Shown in pieces: positions 19,807-29,823 of a DNA stretch of 50,782 bases (the first letter of the stretch is position 1; every line of letters starts with the position of its first letter). The translations under genes were made by a program, and so were the position numbers. A model generated the notes under the pieces. The model had not been told where the DNA came from, made no database searches, and saw only the letters and a list, made by a program, of their open reading frames with translations. The stretch is from Thermodesulfobacteriota bacterium. GTDB taxonomy: Bacteria > Desulfobacterota > Desulfobacteria > Desulfobacterales > C00003060. The stretch lies in contig JAXHVD010000029.1 in the NCBI GenBank assembly GCA_034189385.1, forward strand, positions 1-50,782. The letters run 5' to 3'.

Positions 19807-20388
19807 TCATGGCTCCCAGTTTTCAGGGGGAGCAAGCTGATCCCAGATCTTCCTGCAATCCAGAATCCTTCGGTTGAGCTCTGCGATCCTTCTCTTCAGG
19901 CGGCGCTTTGATTCTTCACTAGCTGGCCTTTTGTAATACTGTACGAGCCTCAGAAGCTCGTCCCTGAATTCATTGTCAACAAGGGTTTCATACCGTTCTG
20001 CGGTGTTGTTCCTGCCTTCTTCGTGGCTAATCGAGGAATGCATGATAGCCAGATCCTCGACCTGCTCTAGGACCTTCTTAATCCTGTATGCATATTTGTT
20101 GAAGCTTCTGCCAGGATGCATCCTGCAGAAGTCGATGGTGTTGAATGCACTGTCCTCGAAGTCATCGACGAAAAAAGCGTTGTTTTGATCCTGTTTGGGA
20201 AGCTGCATTAGAAGCTCATGTTCCTTCAAGAACTCACATCGGATGAACTCATTGCGGTCAATGATTTCATCCGCAGAAAGGCTAAGGTCGGGATCGCTTC
20301 TTCTTATGATCCTGAGCGCTGCTGGTGCAGGCAAGTCTTCTTCAACTATCCACGTATCGACTGCTTCTTGTATCTGTTTTGCATTCAT
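19807..20388 (-). CDS. Hypothetical protein
   Basis: 193-aa ORF with GAGGAAG RBS, co-oriented with neighbours. Confidence 0.7.
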   Translation of the reverse strand: MNAKQIQEAVDTWIVEEDLPAPAALRIIRRSDPDLSLSADEIIDRNEFIRCEFLKEHELLMQLPKQDQNNAFFVDDFEDSAFNTIDFCRMHPGRSFNKYAYRIKKVLEQVEDLAIMHSSISHEEGRNNTAERYETLVDNEFRDELLRLVQYYKRPASEESKRRLKRRIAELNRRILDCRKIWDQLAPPENWEP

Positions 20389-20419
20389 TTTTCTTCCTCT
20401 GAGCTCAATTCTTTGATCG

Positions 20420-21100
20420 AGCTCTCTGTGAGAGTAGACTCTACACAGAGAGAGAGGAGAATCCTGCTTGGTTTTTGTCGGACAGCATATTCAGGATGCG
20501 GACTCCTGTGGGTGGTCAAGTATCAACGAGGTTTATGGGAAATAGATTTACCGACAAAAACTGAAAGGCTTAAAAAGTAGCGCGGCTGTCACTTGGTGTG
20601 TGACTACTCTCAAAACAATAGTCTCCCTATAGGCATTTTTGAGAGTTGTCACCCCAAGTGACCAATCCTGATTGTGCCGCTTATCTTTTTATGCCTTTCA
20701 CAGCCAAGATGCCTAGGGAGAGTGTGAGAGGGAAAAAAGGTTTCCCTCTCACGCAACAGATCAATCTGCCATAGGCGTCCCCGGCAGGGGAAAGGCTTAA
20801 ATAGGGGTTTGCCGGAGAGCAAAGCGGAGCGAACGCCTATTTATGCCTTTAGCCGTGAAGTGGCACAAGAGTTCACAACGCCTATTTCTACGGCTCTACT
20901 GTACCCACTCTTTCTGTTTGAGATAGATGTTGGTACCCTTATCAAAGGTGTGTCACTAAGTGATCGTTCGCAGAGGTTTTTGAAGCATAGGAACGTTTTT
21001 AGCCGACCCCGAAGGGGACCCTGAGGGGGAAAGCCTTAAATTGGGGGTTTGCGATGAGCGAACCCCCTTTTAAGGCTTTAGGCGTGAAGAAAACGAATTT
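20420..21100 (+). other. Dense inverted-repeat/hairpin field, candidate origin (oriV/oriT/sso) or structured RNA
   Basis: Long hairpins at 20422-20452, 20562-20702, 20724-20750, 20767-20864 and 20993-21096; three share GAAAG(G/C)CTTAAA...TTTA(T/A)(G)(C/G)CTTT arms. Confidence 0.6.
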
Positions 21101-21145
21101 CTAGGGAAAAGGGTAGTGCATCTAATGGACCCAGGTTGGGCGTAG

Positions 21146-21442
21146 CTAGCCGGGCTTTCGTCTATTACGCAGGTCCCTGTCAATCTTGGCCCATTCTTGA
21201 TCCTCTCGAAATTCGTTCAAGGTGCTTTTCCCATTAACACTGACAATCAGCGGAACCCCAGATCCGAGAGCCTCTGATATGCTGTGCCGACAAGCGAAGC
21301 ATCGACCATAGCCAAGCTCTTCCTCCTTTCGTGACAGCGCCTCTCCACAAATCAGACACAGTCTGACGATAGACCTCACTTCAGACTTCCTGTTCCCTTC
21401 TTGCTGGATCCTTCTAACGGCATCCTCTATTTCAGATGTCAT
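21146..21442 (-). CDS. Small Zn-finger protein
   Basis: CLICG...CFAC; start uncertain. Confidence 0.5.
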   Translation of the reverse strand: MTSEIEDAVRRIQQEGNRKSEVRSIVRLCLICGEALSRKEEELGYGRCFACRHSISEALGSGVPLIVSVNGKSTLNEFREDQEWAKIDRDLRNRRKPG

Positions 21443-21520
21443 GTTTGTTTTGTACACGTGTACCACCTCCGTTTGGTTTTCAGTTTTTAAAACCAAACGG
21501 ACCGCAAGGACCAAGCGCAG

Positions 21521-21607
21521 GGCACGTAGCGGACCCCTCGATAAATCTTTAGGCCGTAAGGCCGACCCGAAGGGGAAAGATTTACGATAAGGGGTCTGCG
21601 TGTGCCC
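21521..21607 (+). other. T/Y-shaped hairpin: long stem capped by two mini-hairpins
   Basis: GGGCAC..GCGGACCCCT..TAAATCTTT [GGCC-GTAA-GGCC][CCC-GAA-GGG] AAAGATTTA..AGGGGTCTGC..GTGCCC. Confidence 0.7.
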
Positions 21608-21948
21608 GTAGCAACAATCATCTTCAAGCTGCTGCCGGTAGGTTCTCTTCGCTCTCTTCTTTGGTGTTGTTGATGGTTGTGGTTTTTTCTATATATTCGA
21701 CTTTCGGTACATCGCGCAATAGGCTGTTATTACACGGATTGATGGATCTCAACATGTATCGAAAAAGGACGATTTCCATCAACATTACGAACCTTTTCGA
21801 TGCGATTCAATGCCAATTACGGTGCATTTCAGGTTGCATAACGGTACGTTTCGGTTCGCTGAAGGGATGTTTGTGGAAGTTGTGGTGTGTTTGGGACGGG
21901 ATGTCGGGTAGGGAAAGAAGGGGAGGGGGTGTATCTATCCTTCAGGGA

Positions 21949-22872
21949 TTACGGCTTGACAGATAGGGGGCTGGGACGGGCCATTTGCCTGCCCAGAATC
22001 GATTCAAGGGGTGACTGGTATCTTCCGCCCCGGGCCCAGATCTCGGCGGACAGGCCATGGGCAAACATCCGCCCCTGTTCTGTCACCCAGACGAAGTCCG
22101 ATGGCGGCATCTTGAGAGCCAGGCGGCAAAGAAGGGTCATCCGTGCGTTGGAATTGGTCACGAAGAGCAGGCGGAAACCGCTGAATTTGCAGTCCCAGGT
22201 CTTTTCATAGCGCTTGTGGAGGCTGCTTCTAAAATAGGCCTGATAGTTGATTATCTTCTGCCTGACGTCCCGGGGAGCCCGCTTGGGACTGGCAACGGAC
22301 TCCGTTCCCATGTCTACCTCCAGGAAGAAGAGGAGGGCCTTTTGCTGTTCCCTGTCAGTGATCGAAAAGACGCCATCTGGCGTGAATCCGATTTGTCTTT
22401 CCCGGTCGCTTCCAATGGGTACCTGTTCAAAGACAAAGGGTCGGTCGTCCTGGTCGCGTTGCAGAAAAGGCGAGTTAGGAGACAGGAACTGGACGGACAG
22501 TCGAGGGAAGACGTGCTGGATATGCTCCAGGTGGATTCGAAACCAGGTGCAGAGCAGTTCGTGATCTATGCATCGCAGCCTCTCAGCGCCGACCTTGTCG
22601 TTTGCCACATCGGGGTTGAGGATCTCATGTTCACGAAGCAGATCGATGCCATCACCTGAAAGTGAGAAAAGCCTTTCGGGCCGTCCAGGGCCATGACCCA
22701 ATACAGGCTCGTGGGCCTGCACAAAAGTCGCCTTTTCCAGGTTCCGCATTCGTCTTCGAACCACCTGTTTGCTTTTCATGAACAGGGCCGCCACCTGGCC
22801 TGCGGACAAAATCCTGTGTTCGGCTATGGCGGCAAGAAGTCTGAGGTCGTTCTTGTTCAGCTTAAATGCCAT
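21949..22872 (-). CDS. Replication-relaxation family protein (PF13814-like)
   Basis: N-terminal wHTH, DHELL, then PDG...FFLEVDMGTES...KIINY. Confidence 0.85.
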   Translation of the reverse strand: MAFKLNKNDLRLLAAIAEHRILSAGQVAALFMKSKQVVRRRMRNLEKATFVQAHEPVLGHGPGRPERLFSLSGDGIDLLREHEILNPDVANDKVGAERLRCIDHELLCTWFRIHLEHIQHVFPRLSVQFLSPNSPFLQRDQDDRPFVFEQVPIGSDRERQIGFTPDGVFSITDREQQKALLFFLEVDMGTESVASPKRAPRDVRQKIINYQAYFRSSLHKRYEKTWDCKFSGFRLLFVTNSNARMTLLCRLALKMPPSDFVWVTEQGRMFAHGLSAEIWARGGRYQSPLESILGRQMARPSPLSVKP

Positions 22873-23797
22873 TTGGATGGCTCCTTGTTTCTTCGCCGCC
22901 TCCGGAAAGGACGGCTTGGGCCTTTGCATGTTCATAGGCCTCTTTAAGAGCATCTTGCACTGTCTCAATCCGCATGGCTTCTTTCTTTTCCCCTGTGAAT
23001 CGGATGGTGACGACGAACCTTCCGTGGGCAGGTTTCCATGTCCAAAGTGGGAGTCTGTGGCTCTCAGATGGTTTTCTAATTCTGCCGGAGCCAGCCTTTC
23101 CGGCCTCTTTTCGTATCTCCTTTACCGTCTTTCCCTGTTCAGAGGCCTTTTTCAGTATCTCGAGCTGCCTTGCCTCGTCCTTTTCCCTTGAGGCCCGGAT
23201 CTGCACTTCCTTGTTGACTTCAGACGTCTGAAGCATCTGTCTCGCGGACTCACCCAGCCGCTCAAGGCCCAGGATCTGGCTGATATAGCTTGGGGACTTG
23301 TTCAAGAGTTCTGCCGCTCTGGTCTGAGAGTAACCGAATCTTTCTATCAGGGATTTGATCCCTTCGGACTCCTCAAGGGGTGTAATGTCCTCTCTCTGAA
23401 GGTTTGCAAATAGCTGGAGGAGGAGTCTTCTCTTGTCATCAACGTCTTCGACCATGCACGGCAGTCTTTCAAGGCCCGCCATCCTGGCAGCCCTGTACCT
23501 TCTTTCTCCACTTATGATCCTGAAATGGTCGTCGGTTTCGCTGTATTCCACTGTAAGTGGATCAATGATCCCACCGGCTTCCTTTATCGATTCGGCCAGG
23601 GATTGCAGTGTCTTTTCCAGGAACCTTTGTCTGGGCTGATTGGGATCAGGGGCAATCCTTTCGATATCGATGAGCTTCGCCCCTGTAAGATAAGAGGTGT
23701 TGAGCCTCTCTCCCTTCTTGCCCTTTTTACCGTCTGCTTCCACAGGAGCGAGAAAGACAGACCGCTTCTCAGCGTCCTGTTCATAGTTCCTGGACAT
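22862..23797 (-). CDS. parB: ParB/RepB/Spo0J family partition protein
   Basis: PDPNQPR, LAESIK, IISGERRYRAA, NLQREDITPLEE, HTH. Confidence 0.95.
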   Translation of the reverse strand: MSRNYEQDAEKRSVFLAPVEADGKKGKKGERLNTSYLTGAKLIDIERIAPDPNQPRQRFLEKTLQSLAESIKEAGGIIDPLTVEYSETDDHFRIISGERRYRAARMAGLERLPCMVEDVDDKRRLLLQLFANLQREDITPLEESEGIKSLIERFGYSQTRAAELLNKSPSYISQILGLERLGESARQMLQTSEVNKEVQIRASREKDEARQLEILKKASEQGKTVKEIRKEAGKAGSGRIRKPSESHRLPLWTWKPAHGRFVVTIRFTGEKKEAMRIETVQDALKEAYEHAKAQAVLSGGGEETRSHPNGI

Positions 23798-24548
23798 TCA
23801 TAACCTCCTTGCCCATCTGCCTGAAGGTCTCAGCCTGCTCGCTCTTTGGAGCAAGGTACGTGATCGGCTTTCCCAGTGTGACTGCCTCCACATACCTGAC
23901 CGAGTCTTTCAGGACTTGTTTGAACACCCTTTCTCCGAGATGCCTTTCAATCATGGCCCTGAAGTCCTGTTCGATTTTTCTTCTGCCGTCATACCGGCTG
24001 ATCACATAACCCAGGATAGTGAGCCGCGGGTTTGCCCTTTTTCTCACCTTTTGGATTACGCCATGAACGTAGCCCGTGCCCTTGATGCTGTAGTCCTGGG
24101 CCTCCAGGGGAATGATCACCCCTTCAGAGGCTGTGAGCACAGACCATGTGGCAAGGCCCATGTTGGGCGGCGAATCCAACAGAATTACGTCGTATTCGGC
24201 CTCGATCTCTTCCAGCCTGTCAGCAAGGTAATAGTGGGCGTCCCGCTCCGAAAGGAGTTCGCTTTCTATTCTGCCCAGAGTGAAGTTGGCCGGGACGATA
24301 TGGATGTTTTCAAAATCCGTCCTCCTTATGGCCTCTTTGATCGACTTCCGGTCATCCAGGAGGGCATCCGTGATGACGCACGGAAGGTCATGGATGCTGG
24401 CAAGCAATGAAGAGCTCAAAGAGCCCTGCTGGTCCATATCCACGAGCAACACCTTTTTGCGGGTCTGTGCCAGGGCCCCTGCCAGGCAGAAACAGATGGT
24501 GGTCTTTCCCACGCCGCCCTTGTTGTTGCAGATTCCTATCTTTTTCAT
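23781..24548 (-). CDS. parA: ParA/Soj family ATPase
   Basis: KGGVGKTT, VDMDQQG, LDSPP. Confidence 0.96.
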   Translation of the reverse strand: MKKIGICNNKGGVGKTTICFCLAGALAQTRKKVLLVDMDQQGSLSSSLLASIHDLPCVITDALLDDRKSIKEAIRRTDFENIHIVPANFTLGRIESELLSERDAHYYLADRLEEIEAEYDVILLDSPPNMGLATWSVLTASEGVIIPLEAQDYSIKGTGYVHGVIQKVRKRANPRLTILGYVISRYDGRRKIEQDFRAMIERHLGERVFKQVLKDSVRYVEAVTLGKPITYLAPKSEQAETFRQMGKEVMNVQEL

Positions 24549-24584
24549 CCTCTAATCCCCCTGGAGCCAATGGATCCGTATAGA

Positions 24585-25283
24585 TCAGCGGACAATGCAT
24601 CTTTGGACCCATGACGCTGCTGCGGCCTTAAGATCCATAAGCTCATCCTCCCTAAAATGAGGGTCCGTTCCCCGGAAGAACTCCGGGTGCAGTACCCGGC
24701 CATTGCGGAAACGCTGTAGGGCGTAAAGTACAGCGCCTTCGATGGTTCCTGCAATATTCCTGATGACGGGTGCATCCACGATCGGCTTTATGCAGGTGGT
24801 TCTGAATTCATAGTTCAGACCCGATTTCATGATGGTCCGGATGCTTGAGAGGATGTCCTTCGGGTTGCTGTCTTTCCTGAATAGTGGCGAATAGTGATAG
24901 GGGGCAGTCTTGACGTCCATGGCAACATAATCTATGAGGCCCTCGTCGATTAGCTGCTTTATCACTTGCGGACGGCTGCCGTTAGTGTCCAGCTTAATGG
25001 GGTAACCCATCTCCTTGATCTTCCTGCAAAGGGTAATGATATCCTGTCTGAGGGTAGGTTCCCCTCCAGAGATGACCACGCCGTCCAGAAAGCCTTTTCT
25101 CTTTTCAAGGAAGTCGTAGACCGCCTGCTCATGAATCCATGAACCTCCCGTCCTGCCCCTTGCCAGTCCAGGGTTGTGACAGTACGGGCAATCAAAGTTG
25201 CACCCGGAAAAAAAGAGGACACAGCTCACCTTGCCCGGATAATCGATGAACGAATTCTTCTGTAAGCCGCCTAAAACTATCAT
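24585..25283 (-). CDS. nrdG: Anaerobic ribonucleotide reductase activating radical SAM protein
   Basis: IDYPG...GCNFDCPYCHN, ISGGEPT, KLDTNG, EFRTT; adjacent to nrdD. Confidence 0.93.
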   Translation of the reverse strand: MIVLGGLQKNSFIDYPGKVSCVLFFSGCNFDCPYCHNPGLARGRTGGSWIHEQAVYDFLEKRKGFLDGVVISGGEPTLRQDIITLCRKIKEMGYPIKLDTNGSRPQVIKQLIDEGLIDYVAMDVKTAPYHYSPLFRKDSNPKDILSSIRTIMKSGLNYEFRTTCIKPIVDAPVIRNIAGTIEGAVLYALQRFRNGRVLHPEFFRGTDPHFREDELMDLKAAAASWVQRCIVR

Positions 25284-25321
25284 TCGTTGTTTCCAGCTGG
25301 CGTCCCACGTAAAGAAATCCT

Positions 25322-27412
25322 CTACGCGGCCCTGAATGTCTTCCTAATACTGAATTCTGCCTGCTTGCCGTCGTTCCACTGTTTAATGGGTCTTAGGTAG
25401 CCCACAATCCTTGAGTAGACTTCGGTCTCATCATGACACACAGGGCACCTTTCCTGCCTGCCAGCCAGGTAGCCATGAGAGGGACATACGCTGAAACTTG
25501 GCGTGAGAGTGAAATAGGGTATGTGGAAACCTGTGCAGACCTTCCTGATCAGCCCCTTTACGACCCGGGCATCGCTTATTTGCTCTTGAAGATAGATGTG
25601 AAAGACTGTCCCTCCCGAGTATTTTGTCTGCAAGTCGTCCTGGAGTGTCAAGGCCTCGTAGATATCGTCCGTGTAGTTTACGGGGAGCTGTGTGGAGTTC
25701 GTATAGAAGGGGGCTGCTCCTTTTCGGAATTCATTTTCATTGGCGCAGAGTATGGCAGGAAACACAGTCTTATCGAGCATTGCCAACCGGTAGGAGGTAC
25801 CTTCTGCCGGGGTTGCTTCAAGGTTGAAGAGATCACTAGTCTCCTCTTGGAGTCCTGCCATGGTGTCGCGCATGAAATCCATGACCCTGAGCGAGAAACT
25901 CAGGCCCTCCTTAGTGCCGATGTCCCTGCCCAGAAGATTCAGGCAGGCTTCGTTCATGCCGATAATGCCGATAGTGGAGAAATGGTTGGTCCAGTAGCGG
26001 CCTTGACACTCTTTGACCTGTCTGAGGTAGAACTTCGAGTAAGGATAGAGGTTAGAGTCGGTGAACTTTTCAAGGACCTTCCGCTTTATGGAAAGGCTCT
26101 CCTTGGAGAGCATGATCATCTTCTTAAGCCGACAAAGGAACTCGCTCTCGTCACGGGAAAGATATCCTATCCGGGGCAAATTGATGGTGACCACACCGAT
26201 TGATCCTGCCAGGGGGCTTGCCCCAAAAAGCCCTCCGTCCCTTTTCAGAAGTTCCCTGTTGTCGAGACGCAGGTGGCAGCACATGGCCCTGGCATCTTCA
26301 GGTGACATGTCGGAACTGACGAGGTTTGAAAAGTAGGGAATTCCGTATTTGCCCGTCATTTTCCAGACCGTTTCAAAATTCGTGTTGTGCCAGTTAAAAT
26401 CCGCAGTGATGTTGTACGTTGGTATGGGAAAGGTGAAGACACGCCCTCTGGCATCGCCTTCCATCATGACCTCTGCCAATGCCCGGTTGATCATGTCCAT
26501 TTCGGGCTGAAAATCGGCATAGGTCTCTTTACGCTCAGTTCCTCCTATGATTACCTGATGGTCTTTTAAAAAGGAGGGTACGCAAAGGTCCAGGGTGATG
26601 TTCGTAAAAGGTGTCTGGAAACCGACGCGGGTGGGGGTGTTTACGTTGAACACGAATTCCTGTACGGCCTGCTTGACCTCCCCGTAGTCGAGCCTGTCAA
26701 AGCGTACGAAGGGGGCCAGGAGCGTGTCAAAGTTGGAGACGGCCTGGGCGCCCGCTGCCTCGCCCTGAAGGGTATAGAAGAAATTGACAAGCTGTCCCAA
26801 AGCCGGCCTGAGGTGTTTTGCTGGAGCACTCTCCACCTTTCCCTTGACGCCTCTGAAACCTTGCTTTAGGAGGTCCAGTAAATCCCATCCCACGCAATAG
26901 ACCGAGAGGAGGTTGAGATCGTGGATGTGAAGGTCTCCGTTTTTGTGCGCATGTCTGATTTCAGGCGTGTAGACACGATTCAGCCAGTATTCTGTTGTGA
27001 CACTTGATGAGATGTAGTTGTTGAGCCCCTGAAGTGAGAAGGACATGTTGCTATTCTCTGCAACTCTCCAGTCCGTCTTCTGGATGTAGTTTTCGACCAG
27101 ACCCAGGCCTGCGTTAGTTGCAATAGCCCTTATCTGGGCGTGCTGCTCCCGGTGCAGGACGTAGGCCTTGGCAGTCTTGAAGAATGGAGACTCAAGAAGC
27201 ACCCTTTCCACAACCCCCTGGATTTCTTCGACCTCAGGAACAGTGCCGAGGCCCACCGCGTGGGCTAATTCCAAAACCTTGCGGGTGAGCCTCTTGGCCT
27301 CTTCATGGCCGAACTCTCCGGTAGCCGTGCCTGCCTCTTCAATGGCCCATGCGATCCTCGTGGAATCGAAATCCACGACCCTTCCGTCACGCTTTTTTAT
27401 CTTTTCAAACAT
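25322..27412 (-). CDS. nrdD: Class III (anaerobic) ribonucleoside-triphosphate reductase with ATP-cone
   Basis: IKKRDG ATP-cone; HIHDL..SVYC; MCC; EATPAEG; CPSHG..CPVC; YSRIVGY glycyl-radical site. Confidence 0.96.
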   Translation of the reverse strand: MFEKIKKRDGRVVDFDSTRIAWAIEEAGTATGEFGHEEAKRLTRKVLELAHAVGLGTVPEVEEIQGVVERVLLESPFFKTAKAYVLHREQHAQIRAIATNAGLGLVENYIQKTDWRVAENSNMSFSLQGLNNYISSSVTTEYWLNRVYTPEIRHAHKNGDLHIHDLNLLSVYCVGWDLLDLLKQGFRGVKGKVESAPAKHLRPALGQLVNFFYTLQGEAAGAQAVSNFDTLLAPFVRFDRLDYGEVKQAVQEFVFNVNTPTRVGFQTPFTNITLDLCVPSFLKDHQVIIGGTERKETYADFQPEMDMINRALAEVMMEGDARGRVFTFPIPTYNITADFNWHNTNFETVWKMTGKYGIPYFSNLVSSDMSPEDARAMCCHLRLDNRELLKRDGGLFGASPLAGSIGVVTINLPRIGYLSRDESEFLCRLKKMIMLSKESLSIKRKVLEKFTDSNLYPYSKFYLRQVKECQGRYWTNHFSTIGIIGMNEACLNLLGRDIGTKEGLSFSLRVMDFMRDTMAGLQEETSDLFNLEATPAEGTSYRLAMLDKTVFPAILCANENEFRKGAAPFYTNSTQLPVNYTDDIYEALTLQDDLQTKYSGGTVFHIYLQEQISDARVVKGLIRKVCTGFHIPYFTLTPSFSVCPSHGYLAGRQERCPVCHDETEVYSRIVGYLRPIKQWNDGKQAEFSIRKTFRAA

Positions 27413-27862
27413 GTCTGCCGCCTCCAAATGACAAGGATCCTACGAACTTCTCGGTGAAGGTCGTTTGATCCAGAAAGCGGCGGAACACAGGTGGCTGTTT
27501 CAGTGCGGGGGCAGGAAGGATGATGCGGTGGACAGGCTTTTGGTAACTTTCCAGAGTATGCTGCCGCGAAATTGGGGAGATTTCCCAGAATAGACTACAG
27601 GTAGGGGAGGGTACAAAGCTTAAGGCGCTTACGGACAACTAATCCGCAGGCCGCAAATTCAAAACTTACTTGTAATCTTAGGGTCTTATCTTCTCTCACA
27701 CCCTCTCTTCTGGTTGCCAATTTGGCGATTGTGCCCGAAGCTGTGTCTACTTGGGATTCTAGTATTCTTCTTGTCTCTGGGCAGCGAGTTGACCAGTGCT
27801 GTTGTAGAAAAACCACACGGGGGGGTTCGTCCCGGTCCTTCTAAAATGCGAGGGCTTTGAGG

Positions 27863-28240
27863 TCACGCATTAAGAACTGGGATCTCGTATTCTTTCAAAT
27901 GGATGTCCCGCGTCACAAGCGTGAAACCTTCAAACTTGGCTCGGGCTAACAGCATTCTATCAAAAGGATCTCGGTGAAGGGAAGGAAGGCCCTTGATGGC
28001 ATGGGCGTGTTCGACGGTAATACTAAGCACTTCAAAGGCCTGATCATCCAGCACCGTCTCAAAATCGTCGGGAATATCCAGTTTGCCCAAGGCTTGCTTA
28101 ATCCGTATTTCCCAAACAGCAGCGGCGCTGACGAAGACAACATTGTTCATGTCCGCGATAGCAGTCCTTGCCCTCCTCGAAAGCGTCGGGTCATCATCGA
28201 GCCACCACAAAAGGACATGGGTATCGAGCAATAAATTCAT
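27863..28240 (-). CDS. vapC: VapC PIN-domain toxin
   Basis: LLLDTHVLLWW, SAAAVWEI, HRDPFDRML, VTRD. Confidence 0.95.
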   Translation of the reverse strand: MNLLLDTHVLLWWLDDDPTLSRRARTAIADMNNVVFVSAAAVWEIRIKQALGKLDIPDDFETVLDDQAFEVLSITVEHAHAIKGLPSLHRDPFDRMLLARAKFEGFTLVTRDIHLKEYEIPVLNA

Positions 28241-28476
28241 GGGTCCACCGCACCGAACGCTTTGGCGATATCTTGGGGCAGGTCGTCAAAACCCTCGCCT
28301 ATCTTGATCTTGCCTCGCAAGGCACCTGGCCGGCGGGGCACTTGACTTCGCTTGTAGGGCACCAATTTCGCAACCGGCTTACCCGCCTTGCCGATGACCA
28401 CTTCTTGGCCAGCGAGGACCTTCTCAATAAGTGCAGATAGTTGGGCCTTTGCCTTGGATATGTTCGTTATCATCAT
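28237..28476 (-). CDS. Phd/YefM-family antitoxin
   Basis: NISKAKAQLSALI...GQEVVIGKAGKPVAKL; overlaps vapC. Confidence 0.93.
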   Translation of the reverse strand: MMITNISKAKAQLSALIEKVLAGQEVVIGKAGKPVAKLVPYKRSQVPRRPGALRGKIKIGEGFDDLPQDIAKAFGAVDP

Positions 28477-28892
28477 GCCTATCACTCCCTTTTGCCATAT
28501 AGTCTGACCAGACCAGACCAGAAAGTCAAGGGTTTTGGGAGCGGTGAACTCTTTGTGGGGCCCATCTTGTCAGCTAGAAGCCAAGAAGTAGAGCAGGGCC
28601 GGAAATGGCCTTGCTCGCAGCCCCTAGAGTTTTGCGATTAGCCACCTTTTCCTCTGGGGTTTCGTTTTGGGCTCTATCCTATCAAGAGAGATCTCTACCC
28701 GAAGGGCAGACGGTGGCGTGGCGACAAACGGTGCCGGGTGAATCAAAAGGCCTTACCTACGAACCACTTCATCCTACCATCAAACTAGAATCATGCCTAA
28801 AGACAGAGGAACGATAGGTAAAAATAAGTAAGAATGGTGAAAATCAGCGGGTACGAAGATGGCGGTTATGTGTTTGAAAAATTAGTAAAATC

Positions 28893-28930
28893 GTTACCTA
28901 TTGTTACCCTTGTTTACCTATGTTTCCTTG
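28893..28930 (+). repeat. Direct repeats (GTTACC-like x4), candidate integrase arm-type sites
   Basis: cGTTACCTAT tGTTACCCTT GTTTACCTAT GTTTCCTT with ~10-bp period just upstream of the att core. Confidence 0.5.
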
Positions 28931-28942
28931 CGTTTGAGTCTC

Positions 28943-28987
28943 CTACGAATCCGTAGGCCGCAAGTTCGAATCTTGCTGGGCGCACCA
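28943..28987 (+). other. 3' half of tRNA-Arg(ACG), an att site
   Basis: CTACGAA anticodon loop, GTTCGAATC T-arm, GGGCGCACCA end; upstream sequence supplies no D-arm or 5' acceptor strand. Confidence 0.85.
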
Positions 28988-29006
28988 ATTATTTCAAGGG
29001 GTTATC

Positions 29007-29625
29007 CTAATCGATAGCCCCTTTCTTTTTGCGAATTTTGCCGTTGGGTGCGTATAGGGTGCAGCCGGGCGCCGTTTCAGAATCGAGCTGATCCACCTCA
29101 GATTTGCTTGCCCCTGGCATCCAGTGATAGTAGGTGTCCACTGTGATCTTGATCGAATGATGTCCAAGCTGTTTGGAGACATCTGCGATATTGTCACCCT
29201 TTGAGATCCTCAACGTTGCATAGGTGTGCCGCAGGTCATGAATTCGAACTCTGCGCATTCCTGCCTTTTCTAACGCTTTGTAAAACACCCGCTTTCTGAG
29301 ATGGTTACTATCCAACATACCACCGTTTTTATTGTAGAACAACCACTCGGGCCGTTCGCCCCAGCCCTTCTTCAGGGCCTCTTTCTTTCGTTCAGTGAGA
29401 TGGCCCTTGAGCACACGGGCCAGTTGGCCGGACATGTCCACTCTTCTCAATTTCCCGCTCTTGGGGGTTGAGACCTCACCTCTGACACAGCCGCGTCTGA
29501 CTTGGATGAAATTTCCTGCAAAATCAAGATCTCCAGGTTTCAATGCCACCAGTTCCCCCGCTCTCATGCCCGTGCGAAGGGCCGTCAGGAATAGGGGATA
29601 ATACCTCGGATAACGTTTCCGTAAA
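29007..29625 (-). pseudogene. Tyrosine integrase, C-terminal catalytic domain only
   Basis: TGMRAGEL, TPKS, IHDLRH, LGH and Y motifs present; N-terminal domains absent; GCACCC-like repeats at 29046-29072. Confidence 0.85.
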
Positions 29626-29742
29626 TGCAAGGGCGTGTCCGACGTGGCACCGTTGCCTGTGTGTGAGATCACCACGAATGCTTCGATTCAGGTTTTGTTT
29701 GCAGAGACAAAAATCAGCGGCGGGTACGTTCAGAGTTTTTTC

Positions 29743-29784
29743 TTGCACAAATATGAAGACTTGCGTATAATCTTACCAGTAAGA
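29743..29784 (+). promoter_or_regulatory. TA operon promoter (TTGCAC-17-TATAAT) and palindromic operator TCTTACCAGTAAGA
   Basis: Near-consensus hexamers with an adjacent palindrome. Confidence 0.65.
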
Positions 29785-29823
29785 CAAGAAAGGAGCCCAT
29801 GTTGGGCGAAAGGAAAAGGCACC

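Noticed and set aside
21602..21612. GTGCCCGTAGC resembling the 5' end of tRNA-Arg
   Set aside because: Only 11 nt with no D-arm, and explained as a hairpin arm; likely chance
28921..28987. Intact tRNA gene
   Set aside because: The 5' half is missing and the anticodon stem cannot form
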